Source: Lepidodermella squamata (lineage: Eukaryota > Animalia > Gastrotricha). Taken from it: a DNA stretch of 64,000 nucleotides. Each line of letters begins with the position of its first letter. Position 1 is the first letter of the stretch. The notes under the pieces were generated by a model. That model ran no database searches, was not told the origin of the DNA, and was given only the letters and a program-made list of their open reading frames with translations. Positions 59,875 to 64,000 of the stretch are shown piece by piece. A program made the position numbers and the translations under genes. The stretch covers positions 3,348,001-3,412,000 of the forward strand of contig JBLDXI010000029.1 of assembly GCA_047495785.1 (NCBI GenBank), in the 5' to 3' direction.

Positions 59875-61250
59875 TCTCCGCAGAGTAATTCATTGTCTGG
59901 CAATCATGAGCTTAGCTTGCTATCAGTTGTGCACTGGTGGCAAACAAATCGATTGAATTCTGTGGCTCACTGCATTATTCAGCATTGAGCACTTACAAAC
60001 AGATGCTGAGTGCTAACAACTATGTGAGCCTGACTTTGCTTAATCGATCTCGGATTGCGGTATTGATTGCATCTGTGAACTCAATCAGCTTAGGAATGGT
60101 AGGAATTAGGCAGTTATAAGCGAATCAGTGTGCGAAGTAGAATGCTCCTCGAGTTAGGGTACCTTAAGGTTTAAGGTATTTTTGGCCAGAATATTGAAAC
60201 GAAGGGGTCCCTCGAGATGTTAGTCCTCTCGATTTGGCTTTAATGTTTATACATTCTGGCGGTCTCCTTCTGATTCGAGGAGATGCAGGTTTGGGAAGGG
60301 TAGATTCAATACATCTTCAGCAAGGAACTATCGAAGCCTGACGTTTTAGCAAACGTAATCAAGGCTCCATAGAAAATTAAGAAATTGTGAGTTTCTGCGC
60401 AGGAAGCTCTGCATGTTTTGCAGCTCTGCTTTATTTCGATGGTTATAGTTATGCCATTGCTTTTACTCCTGAAATGTCTGCTATAATACATCCTTCGGCA
60501 GGGGCACAGCGTCATTCGGCAATCCTTTTCGCACTAAAAGTCGCAAAGCATTTTGACGGGAAGCCAATGTTCGAGCCATTTATTCAAATTTATTATTTTA
60601 TTGATTTTGAAAGAATCATGTTGTCGACTCATTGGCATTTACGGCATTTTTACAAGTTCGCAAAGAATATGTTTTAGCCAACTGGAAATTTTTATCAGAA
60701 CTCGGTCATTACTCATTTTTGAGTATGACTCTGGTCTGTAATCTGGATATTTTCTTACACTGTTCACGAGCTCGATGACGTTTGGGGTTTTCAATTTAAT
60801 TTCTTTAATTTCTTCCACTCCATAATGATAGATTGGGACCAAACTTTCGCAAAAAAACGCAAAACCTAGCGCCAAATGATATGGAAATCTTAATAAATGC
60901 TCCCACTCTATTTAATCACTTCTCAGCTTTAGCTGATAACGGTGGCCCCAGGCGCGTAATTAGATGACCAGAAACTGATTTTGTATTCTCAAAATTGCAT
61001 TTATTGAGGCAAGAATGCGCGGCCTCATTTTTATCACGGCCCACACATGAACAGATGAGATGGGCGCGGCCGGTCAGAGCTGTGAAGTTCGCACGTTTAA
61101 GTAGCCACAGCTCATTCGCGCGTTTTAGTCCATCCCAGGTAATCTGCATCGCCACCTGCCACCAAACGTACTATGAAATCAGCTTTCATCCTTTTTCTAC
61201 TGGCGAATAGTTTCCTTCGCGTTTCATCCTTTCTACCGCGCAATATACCA

Positions 61251-61596
61251 ATGGACAAAATTGTAGAAGATCGTAAGTGAACAATTGAAAAATTCCTCCT
61301 TAAAAATGCATATTTTTCATTTTTTCACAGTCAGGCAGCGCCTGGTGAATCTTGTCGATAACTGTTCCCTGGAGGAAATTGTTTCCCACGTAGAGCTGCT
61401 TCAGTCAGCGGAAGAGGCCGAGTTCCTTCAAGAATGCGTACATAAATTCATGTTCTTCTCGATATGCTCGCAATCGACAGCTTTCTTCATTTGGCAACAA
61501 GACGCAGTGGGCAAAATGCGGCAGCAAATGATGGAAAAAAATCGAGCCAGCCTCGGTGAGATTCTCAAAAAGCTCGATCACTGTTCGAACGACTAG
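61251..61596 (+). CDS. Small protein of unknown function
   Basis: ATG exon 61251-61272 with a GTAAGT donor joins in phase to an acceptor at 61330 and an open helical-looking frame; no recognisable motif. Confidence 0.35.
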
Positions 61597-61922
61597 TAGG
61601 AGGAAGCGAACGGCGAAATTTAATTGAAATTTTGTTACTTTTACAAAAATAAGCTGTGCTTAATTTAGTAGATAGCTATATTCAACCCGGTCATGCTGGC
61701 TCATGATCAAGCCACGTTTTCACTTTATATGAATGCCTAGCTCAAATCATTGTTGATCTTGTTGAATAAATACACAGCATTATTGCAATAGTTCACGCGT
61801 TGTTATTGATTTTGAATTCCCACCGCGCAATATGACTTTAGTTTATTTGAGCACCAGCATGTTTTGAAATCGCATTCAAAACGAAAAAATCTCTTGTGTT
61901 TTTTACCGTCAGTCGTATAATA

Positions 61923-63186
61923 ATGACGTTTTGCTCCCGTTTGATCTTTGCTTTCGCGTATCTTTCGCTCGCACAGGCGGCGAACCCGGTGCCTGAGGAC
62001 GAATTTTGCGGCTGGCTCTTCGATAGATGCAGCTATTTGGCTAGCCCACGTGGCCGGCCAGTCAGCAATCAGTCTGACGTAGTATCACTCCGGCTCGATT
62101 TCTCCGTGAAACGGGTGGTAGAAATCGATGAAGAGAAGCAAATGTAAACTTCATCGATTCCCTAAATATACCCAACAATAACGAATTTATCTCTTAGAAT
62201 GGTTCTACAGGCCGTTTTCAACATATACTGGTTAACAGGGGAATGTGCAAACTATTCGAATTATGCCTCCGAACTCGAAGCCTCTGAACTGTCGACCGAG
62301 GCGAAAAAAGTTGATATGTGCCTCGTTCCAGTATCGAATACTTGGTACCCCCGAATAACTGTGACCAACGGCGTTGAAAACAAGATCAGAATCGAAGATT
62401 ATGCTGACCACATTCTGTTATTGCGCGACGGTTTCGCGAGAATGACCTCAGTCGGAATTTTCAAAGTCCTATGCTCATTTAATTTTCAGGTATTTTATCC
62501 CACATTGAAAGCATTGGTCTTCACTTTTGTTGTTACAGAAATTTCCGTTCGACTCCCAAATCTGCTACGTGGAAGTGAGCGAAATTTTAGGACGGGGCGA
62601 TTTAGCCTCTATCGATATGTTCAGCCTTATCTTTCTCGAGCATTTCTATCCCGGAATCCGGTTTCTTGAAGATGCTGATATATGGAGGATTGTGGACAAT
62701 GGCTCTTATCAGCTGGTAGCAACCGATAGCAGTTTAACGCGATTTTACTTCAAATTCAAGCGCCAGCATCGCTATTACTTGATGTCGATTTTCGTGCCTA
62801 ATACCCTTCTAGTCCTACTTCAGTTGTTTTCAACGTTCATTCCACCTGAAAAATTGGAGAGACCAGCTTTTATGGCGTACATTTTATTCACCTACGTGAC
62901 AGTTTTCCCGGTGATTGTCGACAACATCCCGAAAACGTCACAGCGCATACATTTGTTTGAGTACATTGCATCATGCATGTCGCTGTGTGTGATGAAAACG
63001 ATTTACACAGTGATAACCGCTGCGTATTACGAGAAGCCGCTTCTGAGGCAACATGTCACGTGGTGCAAAGGCTATGCGATAAAGCGAGTTCGAATTATCG
63101 ACTCGATTGCTGCTGCCGTTGAGGTGCTGGTTGTGGCTCTCATCAATTCGGCATTCTTTTCTACAACGCTGCTCGCTGAAGACTAG
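61923..63186 (+). CDS. Divergent Cys-loop ligand-gated ion channel subunit (nAChR-like, non-alpha), 3 exons
   Basis: Exons 61923-62143, 62198-62489, 62539-63186; signal peptide; VEIDEEKQ, WYPRI, Cys-loop CSFNFQKFPFDSQIC (C-x13-C), KRQHRYY before M1, PPEKLER before M2, IPKTS, four TM segments. Confidence 0.88.
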
Positions 63187-63661
63187 AGCATATATATTAT
63201 GTTTATAAAATTAACGTGGATTCATTAAACTCGCATTTAATTATGAGTATAATTGTACGGAAAATTCAAGCAGGGTCGAGAGCTTAAGGGTTCAGCTGAA
63301 TGATCAATGCTGAGAGTTTTTGATTCTTCGTTGAAAATTCCTTCGTCTCAATGCCAAGTATTGTGAATTTCAGAGAATGCATGCAGCAAAGAATCGAAGC
63401 ATTAGGAACAGAATTACGGTAACTTCTTGTTTGAACGATGCTCACTGACAGTTTCCGCTTGACTGTCTAATGGTGCTATCGATCAGCTCATTTTTAAATG
63501 TGGGCTATTACACCCCCTTCCTTTTCATCTAGAATCTGGATCACTTAACAGGCATCAGAATACCTTATCTTCATGATTGTCGTCTTACTCGACGTCACAT
63601 CACGTACACCTAAGCCTCATCTATCATAAATAATGCTATGAAAAATACGAGTAAACAAATT

Positions 63662-63946
63662 TTAGTTTATCGAGTGTGCTTTGTGGGGTTTCGAGAGGGC
63701 GGAATAAGAAATCATGCAAGCACTCAAGATGCCAACAAACAAAGCAAAACAAGCCATCAGAATCGTCATTGCGCTTCCGTTTTGAGAACTAATTAGTCCA
63801 ATAAGAATAGATCCAAAAATAAATGTCACCAAGCCATGAATGACGTAGCTACAATAAATATCTTAAGCTGGATTTTAAGTCCATTAACTTTTCTAGAACC
63901 CCGTAAACCTCGCAAACCTTTTATAAGCGATGAGCATTTCAAAGCT
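63662..63946 (-). CDS. 3' exon(s) of a multi-pass membrane protein continuing beyond the window
   Basis: Acceptor at 63849; exon 63848-63662 encodes YVIHGLVTFIFGSILIGLISSQNGSAMTILMACFALFVGILSACMISYSALSKPHKAHSIN* (two TM helices); possible phase-compatible exon 63946-63920. Confidence 0.4.
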
Positions 63947-64000
63947 GAGGTTATATAGGCTCGAAGCAACTCAATAAAAGGATGAAGGATGCTATTAAAC

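Noticed and set aside
1-64000. tRNA or rRNA genes
   Set aside because: None recognised by eye; a tRNAscan-SE/Infernal run would be needed to exclude them.

Overview
Compact animal (invertebrate) genomic DNA with standard code and mostly 45-60 nt GT-AG introns; the species cannot be identified from sequence alone. In order, the window holds: a GT7 beta-1,4-galactosyltransferase; an inactive trypsin-like/SAM/ankyrin gene; a short Thr-rich collagen; an unlisted secreted prohormone-like gene; a P-element relic and a MULE-type MITE (both with TSDs); a ~15.7 kb gene for a giant secreted LamG-EGF-C-type lectin-FA58C-fibrinogen-PAN-Sushi mosaic protein; a small Cys-rich secreted protein; an ankyrin protein; a secreted NlpC/P60-like (Amidase_6-type) enzyme; a birth-and-death cluster of GABA-B-type class C GPCRs (4 intact, 1 pseudogene, 1 truncated 5' relic, 1 divergent frameshifted copy); an intronless PQQ-like beta-propeller gene; two head-to-head PAN-domain genes joined by a ~180 bp-arm palindrome; a CBP-derived TAZ-KIX module fused to a RING-H2; a STELLO-like glycosyltransferase; and a divergent Cys-loop channel subunit. 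The best candidates for undescribed biology are the TAZ-KIX-RING fusion, the giant multi-lectin protein, the intron-containing bacterial-type amidase and the palindromic PAN gene pair. All family calls come from motif recognition by eye; no searches were run.
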